From an uncultured Alphaproteobacteria bacterium (GTDB lineage: Bacteria > Pseudomonadota > Alphaproteobacteria > RF32 > CAG-239): a DNA stretch of 64,000 nucleotides. Location of the stretch: NCBI GenBank assembly GCA_944391685.1, contig CALXUM010000008.1, forward strand, positions 13,273-77,272. The letters run 5' to 3'. Each line of letters begins with the position of its first letter. Positions within the stretch are counted from its first letter, which is position 1. Positions 30,973 to 39,259 of this stretch are shown here, piece by piece. Both the position numbers and the translations under genes were made by a program. Below the pieces are notes generated by a model, which worked only from the letters and a program-made list of their open reading frames with translations, was not told the origin of the DNA and made no database searches.

Positions 30973-31827
30973 CTAGAAAACCTCTATAACATCCGTAAAT
31001 GCAGCGGCCACACCAAAAACCAAGCTTGATCCGGCTTTGTTTTGTTCTCTTTCTTCGGCTCTGAAATATGACACATACGGCTCAACAAAAAAATTATCGA
31101 AAACGGCCACGTTTACTTTGGCAATGGCAAAAAATTCATATCTGAAATCTGTCGGCTCATAATGAGAATAACTTAAGTAATCCCTATAATAGCTCTCAAA
31201 CTCAAAACGATATTTTTCTAAAAAAGGATATTTATAAGTAAAGCTTATCTGCCATGCTGTTTTAGTGTCTTCTTTGGCATACGTAAAATCAAACTCCTCC
31301 AATACTGCCAAATGAAAATCCGTAAGTCCTTCTGCCCCGTTAATCATCTTAATACCTTGCATGCTACCGGCTATTTTTTGTCTTTCGGCTAAAGAATCGG
31401 TAGTAAACTCGGTTTGATATGATAAATTAGCAAAAGGTCCCAAATCAGCATTATTATCATAGTGCCAAATTTTATAAACATAATCAGTAGTCAATTTAAG
31501 ACTGTCGGCATTTTCAACATAATTTTTTTTACCGGGATTGCCATAAATCCTGCTTTTGCCATATTCGGCATAAACAGAATTATCCCAGCGAAAGTTTGGT
31601 TGCTCATATTCAAAAGCAAAATCAAATACCCCTTTTAATACCCCTTGAGTATTTTGATTTATAGCCGTGTTTGGAGAATCTTCATATTCTTGATAATTAC
31701 CAACCTTACTGGTGCCTAAATCTAACCCTACCCGCTTAAAATTTGCATATAACCCATTCCGTTCATAAGCAAAAGCCGGTTTGATTAAAACAAAGAATAA
31801 CATAAGTAATAGAAATTTTTTCATCAA
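30973..31827 (-). CDS. hypothetical outer-membrane beta-barrel protein
   Basis: Signal peptide ending in AFA-Y. Alternating aromatic pattern. C-terminal ...VIEVF. Confidence 0.5.
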   Translation of the reverse strand: MMKKFLLLMLFFVLIKPAFAYERNGLYANFKRVGLDLGTSKVGNYQEYEDSPNTAINQNTQGVLKGVFDFAFEYEQPNFRWDNSVYAEYGKSRIYGNPGKKNYVENADSLKLTTDYVYKIWHYDNNADLGPFANLSYQTEFTTDSLAERQKIAGSMQGIKMINGAEGLTDFHLAVLEEFDFTYAKEDTKTAWQISFTYKYPFLEKYRFEFESYYRDYLSYSHYEPTDFRYEFFAIAKVNVAVFDNFFVEPYVSYFRAEEREQNKAGSSLVFGVAAAFTDVIEVF

Positions 31828-31972
31828 ATTATTCTTTCCGTTTTTAATAAAGTTAACATTTATCTAATCGCAAAAAATGTTGAAACAAGACGGATAAAAA
31901 TAAAATGATAAAAATATAAAAAAATGCTTGCGTTTATGTTTTTTTTATTCTACATATATTGCGAAAAGTAAT

Positions 31973-32047
31973 TGGGGTGTCGCCAAGTGGTAAGGCAACG
32001 GTTTTTGGTATCGTCATTCGTTGGTTCGAATCCAGCCACCCCAGCCA
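31973..32047 (+). tRNA. tRNA-Gln (anticodon UUG)
   Basis: Hand-folded. Acceptor TGGGGTG/CACCCCA. 3-bp D stem GCC/GGC. Anticodon stem ACGGT/ATCGT with loop TTTTGGT. T-arm GTTGG-TTCGAAT-CCAGC. Discriminator G plus CCA. Confidence 0.85.
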
Positions 32048-32055
32048 AGCTTTGT

Positions 32056-32091
32056 AGAGGTTAGATTTTATAGTCTAACCTCTTGTTTTTT
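32056..32091 (+). terminator. rho-independent terminator of tRNA-Gln
   Basis: agaggttaga-8 nt loop-tctaacctct followed by tgtttttt. Confidence 0.75.
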
Positions 32092-32247
32092 AAGAATATT
32101 TTGCGGTTCGTATAATATGTTTTCAAACCTAGCCTTTTTTACTATCCATACGAACCAACTCTCTCAACTATCTTTATTTTTCAATAACTTAACCAGTTCG
32201 AATACAGTTTGTCGTTTTGAGATTATCATTTATCCAAAGCCGGATTT

Positions 32248-32453
32248 GAAGCCTGCCTAAAATAAAAATTTTTGACGTTACCGACGATTTATTTTGGCTC
32301 CAACGGCTAGCCCCAGAGGTTACAGCATACGGCTCTGGCCTGCTGGTTGTCGCACCTGTACTCTCCGGTCGGGATATGCCTATCCTCTGCCCCACATCGG
32401 CTAAGCTTAAAAATGACTAGTCAAAATTGAAGGAGCCCTTTACGTGCAGGCTT
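32248..32453. ncRNA. candidate structured RNA (unassigned family)
   Basis: A GC-rich core (about 32296-32405) in an AT-rich intergenic region. Possible 8-9 bp closing helix gaagcctgc (32248-56) / gcaggctt (32446-53). Internal pairs cagagg/cctctg and tagcc/ggcta. No credible ORF. Confidence 0.3.
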
Positions 32454-32582
32454 AAAATAGATGTATGCGTTTTTAGTAGATAATTAAATTACAAAATAAA
32501 CCCTAAAACCAATCTTTTATAAAAATGACCCCTTGCCTTTAAGGGCAAGAGGTTTAAAATGTTACATTTTAAGTCTTACTAT

Positions 32583-32921
32583 TTACTTTAAACGGTAAGT
32601 TCCTTGTTCTCCTTCAACTTTCTCCAAGGGATATTTACCATTTGCTGCCATTGCAAACAATTTATTCATAATCTGCACATTGGTTTTTACCTTACAACCA
32701 TCTTTTTCAACATATCGGCGATAATACGCAACAGTAACCTGGTTGACAGTCAATTTTTCAATACCGGCATCCTTAGCCAATATAAACAGCTCTATAAGCT
32801 GCTGACCGAAAACATCTTGCTTGCCTCTTCCGATTTTTACTCTGTCTTTCTCTTTTATATCCGACAAGTCATCTGTATCAAAGAGCTTCTGTGCCTTTTT
32901 AATCTGTTCACTATTCACCAT
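32583..32921 (-). CDS. hypothetical protein (possible winged-helix DNA-binding)
   Basis: AGGAG Shine-Dalgarno 8 nt before the ATG at 32921. The composition is protein-like, unlike the antisense ORF 32604..32984. Confidence 0.5.
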   Translation of the reverse strand: MVNSEQIKKAQKLFDTDDLSDIKEKDRVKIGRGKQDVFGQQLIELFILAKDAGIEKLTVNQVTVAYYRRYVEKDGCKVKTNVQIMNKLFAMAANGKYPLEKVEGEQGTYRLK

Positions 32922-33473
32922 TTTACAACTCCTAAAATGCTTTATTTTAATTTATTATATAATATATATTTTAAAAGTAAATAGATAAAATAAAATACGC
33001 ATTATCTAGGCTACAAAAAAATAAAAAAATAATTCATAATTTGCTTTACAAATTAATTTAAATATAATATAAATGGATTTGAAAGTAGAAAAAATAGAAT
33101 ACAAAAAAGAGTAAAAAACAGATTCTCTTGTTATAAAGACATCGTAAATATGACTAGATTACAAGCACTTATAGCATACCGCCGCTGGTTGGTTGCGATT
33201 CGCAAATTTCAAAAAGGAGGTGATAAAAAAAACAAACGAATTTTTGGCTGACGCCACAAAACTTTTAAAGCAAAAAAAAGACTAAATATGTTGATGCATA
33301 TCTAGTCCGTTTTGAAAGTTAAGCCGAGATTGTTAAATCAGGTTAACTATTTCAGACAAATAGTTTATATCGCAAATATTTTTATTTGTAAACGATTTTT
33401 TCAGTCTCGGCTTTTCTAACCCCAAGCTTTATGCTTGGATTTAATTTTTAATACCTAAAAAGAGGATAATAAT

Positions 33474-35429
33474 ATGGGAATATCAAAAAAAGAAGCCTTT
33501 GAGGCTGAAATTTATGATGAAACTGAAAATATTAAAATCTCATCAACAATGAATGAGCAGGAAGTTGAAAACCTTTCCGACTCAAATGTTAATGACAATG
33601 GTGACGGAGATTTTACTCCGCCACCGTTACAAAATAAAGGTAACGAAATCGGTGTACCTATTGAAGATATTATAAAGAATAAACAGCTTTCGCCGGAAAC
33701 ACTGACGGAAATAATAAATGCGGCTCAGAATGACAACTTATTTCCTACTAAAAAATTAAATGGCAAAGAGTTAACGGATAAAATCAATGAACTTCGCGAA
33801 TGGGTTGACACCGAAGAAAACCGGTTAAAAAGCATTCCGTTTTCAATAGAGCTGTACAGCCAGAAGAAAGCTGTTTTGCAAGTGCGGGCTGCGTATGTAT
33901 TGGTTCTTGAGTGCCTAATTGGCGAGGCATTACGTCAAATTCCCAGACTAAACGGAACCAACTCAAAATCTGAAGGACGGGCATCAGGACAAGAAAGGAC
34001 AAAATCCCAAATTATTAAGGAAGATTACGGACTTTCTCCTCGCTTGGCTCGGGATTTTCAGCACTTAACTTGGGACGGTGTAAAAGCTGCACTTGAACTT
34101 GCTTTACGGCAAAATGATGTACCAACCAGAGCCCTGGCTTTGTCAAAGTCTGCTTCAATTAGAGCAAAGCAAAATAAAAATAATAAGAAAATTAAACATA
34201 CAAAATTTATACTGGACTATATGGAAGAGACGGAAACTAAAACTTTAGAGTTGGAAAAACCGATGTATATAACAACGTTGTTTTCAAATATTTCCATTGG
34301 ATTGTCCAGAATTCACGAGTTAAATTTACATTGCCGAGTAGCTGCGGAATGGGACAAAACACGAGCTCATTGGCACGAACTTTTATATCCCGACTGTCAC
34401 ATGGTGCAAGGTGATTTTACTTCCGATGAGTGTTTTAATGAAACACTGGAATGGCATAAAAAACAAGGCTGTGAAATCGTCATGGCTAGCTGTTGTTGTG
34501 AGCCTTTTTCTAATCTTAACAATTCACCAAATAAAGGTAATGTACCTGAGGCCAAGCAATTTTATTATGCCGCAGATTTTATTCTCAAAGCAAAGCCTAA
34601 ATATTTTGTGTTTGAGAATGTTCCGGGATTTGTTGATGCCAAACCTAAGATTGCCCATGACGTCCTTAAAGATAAAGACGGTGAAATCCGTTGTATCGGA
34701 CAATATTTGCGCGATGTTTTAGGCGAAGAATATCATCTTAATTTTGGCATCTATACGGCAGCTGATTATGGTTGTGTTGAAGACAGATCTCGCTTGCTAA
34801 TCCTTGGTTGTCGCAAAGATATAAGCACCGAACCGTGGAAATTTCCTAAAAAACACTCGGTCAGAAAAATGTTATGGGAAGTCATTGGGGATTTAATGAG
34901 CTTAGGCAACGGAGAAATCGATCCAAACGACCCATGGCATTATGCCAGAGAACTACCAGAACATATTATTAAAATCTTGGCACATACTCCGACAGGCTGC
35001 ACTGCTTGGGATAATGAAGCTGAATACCAGCCTTTAACGGATAACGGTGAATATAGCAATGGTAATTATGGTACAGGCGTTACAAGAGTTCCGTGGCAAG
35101 ATCAATGTCCAACAATTACAACTGGTAATGGTAGCATCAGCGATGTGTATTCGCTTCATCCGGGAAGATATAATCCTGAAACACAGGAATATAGTGATTG
35201 CCGCGTTTTTTCGCTTAGGGAGTTAGGACGTATCATGGATATTCCACCAGACTTCTTTGACAAACTAAATCTTAAGAGAGAAGAAAACGGTATGTTGAAC
35301 AAAACAGAAGAAAACAATCTTCGCAAAGCAATCGGTCAACACTTCTGTCCTCTGCATGTAAATGCTTTATTCAGCACCTTGCCTCTCCCGGCAAATGATA
35401 ATAATAAACCTGATGATAATGCGGCTTAA
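33474..35429 (+). CDS. C5 cytosine DNA methyltransferase homolog with N-terminal extension and degenerate catalytic motifs
   Basis: Alignable by eye to 58751..60547. ENV motif present (FVFENVPGF). Motif I reads LFSNISIG, motif IV SCCCEPFS (not PPCQSFS) and motif VIII VEDRSR (not AQDRKR). RBS agagga. Confidence 0.7.
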   Translation: MGISKKEAFEAEIYDETENIKISSTMNEQEVENLSDSNVNDNGDGDFTPPPLQNKGNEIGVPIEDIIKNKQLSPETLTEIINAAQNDNLFPTKKLNGKELTDKINELREWVDTEENRLKSIPFSIELYSQKKAVLQVRAAYVLVLECLIGEALRQIPRLNGTNSKSEGRASGQERTKSQIIKEDYGLSPRLARDFQHLTWDGVKAALELALRQNDVPTRALALSKSASIRAKQNKNNKKIKHTKFILDYMEETETKTLELEKPMYITTLFSNISIGLSRIHELNLHCRVAAEWDKTRAHWHELLYPDCHMVQGDFTSDECFNETLEWHKKQGCEIVMASCCCEPFSNLNNSPNKGNVPEAKQFYYAADFILKAKPKYFVFENVPGFVDAKPKIAHDVLKDKDGEIRCIGQYLRDVLGEEYHLNFGIYTAADYGCVEDRSRLLILGCRKDISTEPWKFPKKHSVRKMLWEVIGDLMSLGNGEIDPNDPWHYARELPEHIIKILAHTPTGCTAWDNEAEYQPLTDNGEYSNGNYGTGVTRVPWQDQCPTITTGNGSISDVYSLHPGRYNPETQEYSDCRVFSLRELGRIMDIPPDFFDKLNLKREENGMLNKTEENNLRKAIGQHFCPLHVNALFSTLPLPANDNNKPDDNAA

Positions 35430-35437
35430 GGATAATC

Positions 35438-35469
35438 GGAGGTAGTTTCGGCTGCCTCCTTCCTTTTTC
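35438..35469 (+). terminator. rho-independent terminator
   Basis: ggaggtag-tttcgg-ctgcctcc then ttcctttttc. Confidence 0.65.
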
Positions 35470-35635
35470 AAAGTTTATGACGTTAATGACACAAACTTTT
35501 TATGTAACCGTTTGTCTGTTTTTTTATATACATCAAAAAATCTCAAAAGTACGCATAAAAAAACGTTTTGGAAAAATTTTTTTATCAAATCCGCATGAAG
35601 TGACAATTCTAAATCAAAAAAGAAAGGATATTTTC

Positions 35636-36427
35636 ATGCGAAAAAAACAGAAAATAAAAAAGAAGAAACAAAGCCAACGTGCTTACAAAGGCTTTATTTC
35701 CATAGTTAATTGGTACAAAAATAAGTTCGACGTCATATCTCATATAAGTAATATATATGGGAATGAGGGTAAAAAAGAAGTTATCGTTTATAGATTGCCA
35801 TTATGGAGAGATATAACTTTGGTACAGAAACTGGCATACTTCTTTTATTTTATGGCAGAAACGCAACCTTTTGAGAATATTAAACCATTTACATTAGACT
35901 TAAGTAAATCATTCCGTAATAGATATAAAAAATTAACATACAAAAATCTGAAAGCCGTCATCATCAAAAAAATATATGGTAACCTAGACTATATCCTTAA
36001 ATCATCAAATAAGCCGATGATATCATTTATCCTAGAAAATAAGACTAAGGATAAAAGAAAAGATATAAACGACAAAGAAACACATATACACGGGATAAGA
36101 GAAGTATTTGATGAAACGACTGATAGTAAAATAAGACTAGCCTTAAAGACATCTGTATGTAATGGCAAGAAAGAATATAACGAGCCGGAATATCGCAATA
36201 TGCTTCAAACCAAGAAAAAATATAATGATGATAAATATGGTGCAAAAGGCTGGTTATGGTATCTTAATAAAGGTGTGTGTTGTAATCATGGACTTTATAT
36301 ATCCCAACCTCTTTTAGAAAAAATACGTAATGACTATGAACAGCTATACCAAGAATATAAAGAAAGCATCCAAATATTAAAAGAAAAAGGTATCAAGATA
36401 AAATATAAAAGACCGGAGATGTCATAA
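35636..36427 (+). CDS. Lys-rich hypothetical protein; candidate HUH-superfamily Rep/relaxase
   Basis: ORF 35477 trimmed to the ATG at 35636 (RBS aaagga). Ordered short motifs FTLDLS, THIHGI and WYLNKG resemble Rep motifs I, II (HUH) and III (YxxK). Confidence 0.35.
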   Translation: MRKKQKIKKKKQSQRAYKGFISIVNWYKNKFDVISHISNIYGNEGKKEVIVYRLPLWRDITLVQKLAYFFYFMAETQPFENIKPFTLDLSKSFRNRYKKLTYKNLKAVIIKKIYGNLDYILKSSNKPMISFILENKTKDKRKDINDKETHIHGIREVFDETTDSKIRLALKTSVCNGKKEYNEPEYRNMLQTKKKYNDDKYGAKGWLWYLNKGVCCNHGLYISQPLLEKIRNDYEQLYQEYKESIQILKEKGIKIKYKRPEMS

Positions 36428-36793
36428 TTGTAAGTATTATAAACTATATGAAAGATACAGCATATATTTTGTTTTATCCTCAAATGTTTGAAAAAAGGTA
36501 AATCTTAAGTAAAAACACTTCCATTAACAAGCCAAAATCAACCCATAATAAGCCGTCTAATGAAAATCTGAGTAATCCTATACCAAATAAAACAACTGAG
36601 TCATACGGTCAAAAAACAAGATATTAATAAAAATAACAACTTCTGTACCTTGAGGTCAAAAAGTTAAATTATAAAAAACATCATAATGGAAATTTAACCG
36701 TTTACAAATCCCAAGAATCACGACATTACAATGTTATCAGATTCCTTTTGATAGTTATAACACATTGTAAATAGGTATTATTATGTTTATTCC

Positions 36794-36900
36794 AAATCTC
36801 CATAAATGACCCGTGGACTTAAGAATTACTTTTTCATAATAAAACCTATACAAAAAATAAAATCGTTATCCACGGGTCGAAATATGAGATTTATGGATTT
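36794..36900. repeat. imperfect inverted repeat (candidate origin, oriT or terminator)
   Basis: Left arm tccataaatgacccgtgga (36799-36817). Right arm tccacgggtc (36869-78) + 10 nt + atttatgga (36889-97). Confidence 0.6.
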
Positions 36901-37216
36901 AATATTCGCTTGCTAACATAATAGTCATGACACGGTTTGTTACTTCTGGATTGCTTGGATTTTCAGATAAATAACGGTAATCCTTGTCATAGTAATCAAT
37001 TTTCCAATATATCTTTTCGCCTTTATAGTTAAAACTGCCAAAATCGTGTTCATTATATGGGTCGTTGGCTTTGGTAAAATTGTTAAAATTCCTAACTTTT
37101 GCTAAAATCCTTGCAATATCTCTTGGAGTTTTGACGTTAATACCTTGGGTTAAGATAACTCTGCCGCCGATAAAACTCTTTCTAAGATTGTCATTTAAGG
37201 TTTTGATATCTGTCAT
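36899..37216 (-). CDS. DUF3768 family protein
   Basis: NDPYNEHDFGSF...IYWKIDYYDKDY...SENPSNPEVTNRVMTIMLASEY matches my recollection of the DUF3768 signature, which is common on plasmids and ICEs. Confidence 0.65.
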   Translation of the reverse strand: MTDIKTLNDNLRKSFIGGRVILTQGINVKTPRDIARILAKVRNFNNFTKANDPYNEHDFGSFNYKGEKIYWKIDYYDKDYRYLSENPSNPEVTNRVMTIMLASEY

Positions 37217-37226
37217 GACACGCGCC

Positions 37227-37484
37227 TTATACTAACTTTTCAGCCGACAGAAACATCTTAAATCTTCTTAAGGCTTGTCTGACAGAAGTATGCGAACGTT
37301 TGCCATAACTGGATTTTTCACCGGTAATTTCATATTGAGGCAGGATAGAAGCAATATTTTCCACCAGATAAGCAAGCGTAAATTCTTCTTTCCGGCAAAG
37401 TCTTTCAATTCGTCCCATATAATCGGCTGAGGTGCTTGCGCTGTAATTATTTTCCAAAAGCCAGTTTTCAAAATTCTTCAACAT
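37227..37484 (-). CDS. hypothetical protein
   Basis: 85 aa ORF directly upstream of the DUF3768 gene on the same strand. Confidence 0.4.
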   Translation of the reverse strand: MLKNFENWLLENNYSASTSADYMGRIERLCRKEEFTLAYLVENIASILPQYEITGEKSSYGKRSHTSVRQALRRFKMFLSAEKLV

Positions 37485-37789
37485 AACAAATCTCCTTTAT
37501 CAAAAATTTAGCCAATCAAGACTGGTTCGGAAAATACAGCCACCATAACCCGCTGCAATCTTTTACACTCAGCCAGGCAATCGCTAAAATATTGATAAGG
37601 TGTTGGAAGAATTGTATTGTTAAGTTTTACATACCACATTGTTTTTCCTTTCATAAATAGTTGTTTTGCTCATTAACTATTTATATTATGCGGTATATTT
37701 CCCCATTCGCGAGCCCCTAAAATGCAACTTGCCAACGACATTTTGCTACGATTGGAAAATTTAAAGTAAAAACAATAAGTTATTATGAG

Positions 37790-39259
37790 TTATTTTTGAT
37801 TAAGGGAATCTTGTTTTAAGAAGAAATCTTTATAATTTGTATTTTTTAAAGCATTGCGATAGAAATCCATTATGAATTTTGTTAGTCCTTCTTTATTTTC
37901 ATCATACATTTGCTGAATTTCAGGAGTGGCACATCTAAATGTATTTATATAGGAAGTAAGTAAATTGAATAATTCATCTTGAGTTTTCGGATGAGAATTA
38001 TATAACATAGTCACACTATTTCCCATAAATAATAACATTTCTTTATTATAACAATACCAATCATACGTATGGATATTATCTAAAATAATTTTAGATAAAT
38101 CATAAAAACAACCTTCTGGTAAAAACTCCATATTATGACATTTTTTCATAGCTTCAAAGAATAATGAGGTAAAGCTATTTCTATAGTTTTCTTCTGTAAG
38201 CATCTCATTTCTAAATACTAATTTTTGAAAAACAGATTGTTTTACTTCATCAATTTTTTTCAGAATATAATTTTGTCGATCTCTCAACATAAAAAAGTTC
38301 ATAAATTGATTGAAATTTTGCTGAATAATTGTAACAGCACAATCTTCAACTAAAATTCTGTTTATTTGTTCTAAAGAAAAATTATATGACATATTATGAG
38401 GACTAGGTGTATTTTTTAAAATATCATAGTTATAACTCTCTTCTATTTCTACACCTTCATAACTATCGGAAAGTAAGAAGAATATATTAAATACACCATA
38501 TAAAGAAACAATTGCATATAATGTTTTACTTATCGTATTTCCTTTTAGATATAATGTATGATATACACTATTTTTAGGTAATTGGCTGTTATCATTAAAG
38601 TAATTGGCTATTTTATAACAAGCACTAACATCTTGTTTTTTCAAAATTTCGACGACCGATTCTAGATATTTTTTATCAACCTTCTTAAAAGCGCAAAAAC
38701 CTAAGATAATTTTTAAGCTTCCCAAAAATGAATATCCTGATTTGTTAGAAATAAATTGAAAATGATGTATTCCACTTTCTTTTGAATTAATAACAGACTG
38801 GTTTAGTGCTTTGCTAATTTGTTGTTGTATCCACTCATCATTTTTATTATTTTTTTTGGCAAATTGTCTGAGAATGTTTTGTAACATTTGAAAATCTGTT
38901 TTTTCAGCTTCTGAATTAGGAGTATGAGAAAAGCTAAAATGTAATGTTTTACCATCAAATTGTATATTATTTTTATTCTTTCTGTAAGAACCATCTGCGA
39001 CTCTATCAAATGTTTCACCATCACATATTGTCTCTATAATGGGTATAGTATTTTTGTTGTTTTCACGTTTGGGAGAAATAAAGTTAGTTAATAATTCTAA
39101 ATCGGAGCATAGCTTCCTATCAATATCAGATAACTTATTATTACAGTCACTACATAAAATATTTCTGCTTTTCAGATGTCCTCCAAATGCATTAGGTATA
39201 ATATGTTCAGGCTTTTCATTACAAAGTTTTTTACCACATAAATAACAGTAAGACATCAT
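37790..39259 (-). CDS. HNH endonuclease (HNH_5-like N-terminus) with large uncharacterised C-terminal domain
   Basis: CYLCGKKL..EHIIPNAFGG..LCSDCNNKLS. The start overlaps the stop of the upstream Type IIG gene by 4 nt. Confidence 0.65.
   Translation of the reverse strand: MMSYCYLCGKKLCNEKPEHIIPNAFGGHLKSRNILCSDCNNKLSDIDRKLCSDLELLTNFISPKRENNKNTIPIIETICDGETFDRVADGSYRKNKNNIQFDGKTLHFSFSHTPNSEAEKTDFQMLQNILRQFAKKNNKNDEWIQQQISKALNQSVINSKESGIHHFQFISNKSGYSFLGSLKIILGFCAFKKVDKKYLESVVEILKKQDVSACYKIANYFNDNSQLPKNSVYHTLYLKGNTISKTLYAIVSLYGVFNIFFLLSDSYEGVEIEESYNYDILKNTPSPHNMSYNFSLEQINRILVEDCAVTIIQQNFNQFMNFFMLRDRQNYILKKIDEVKQSVFQKLVFRNEMLTEENYRNSFTSLFFEAMKKCHNMEFLPEGCFYDLSKIILDNIHTYDWYCYNKEMLLFMGNSVTMLYNSHPKTQDELFNLLTSYINTFRCATPEIQQMYDENKEGLTKFIMDFYRNALKNTNYKDFFLKQDSLNQK

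Noticed and set aside
32300-32345. Group II intron domain V-like string (minus strand gagccgtatgc)
   Set aside because: The complementary 3' half (tacggttc) is absent. There is no reverse transcriptase or maturase ORF and no other intron domains.
32189-32395. 68-aa minus-strand ORF across the GC-rich patch
   Set aside because: It has no RBS and a Ser/Thr/Arg/Gly-rich unprotein-like sequence. The region is better explained as RNA structure or a fossil.
32604-32984. 126-aa plus-strand ORF overlapping 32583..32921
   Set aside because: It is Phe/Ile/Leu/Cys-rich like antisense frames in AT-rich DNA. The minus-strand ORF has an AGGAG Shine-Dalgarno and a normal composition.
33334-33346. 13-mer taaatcaggttaa shared with 42854..42866 upstream of two island genes
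   Set aside because: In AT-rich DNA of this length many 13-mer coincidences are expected. The flanks do not align.
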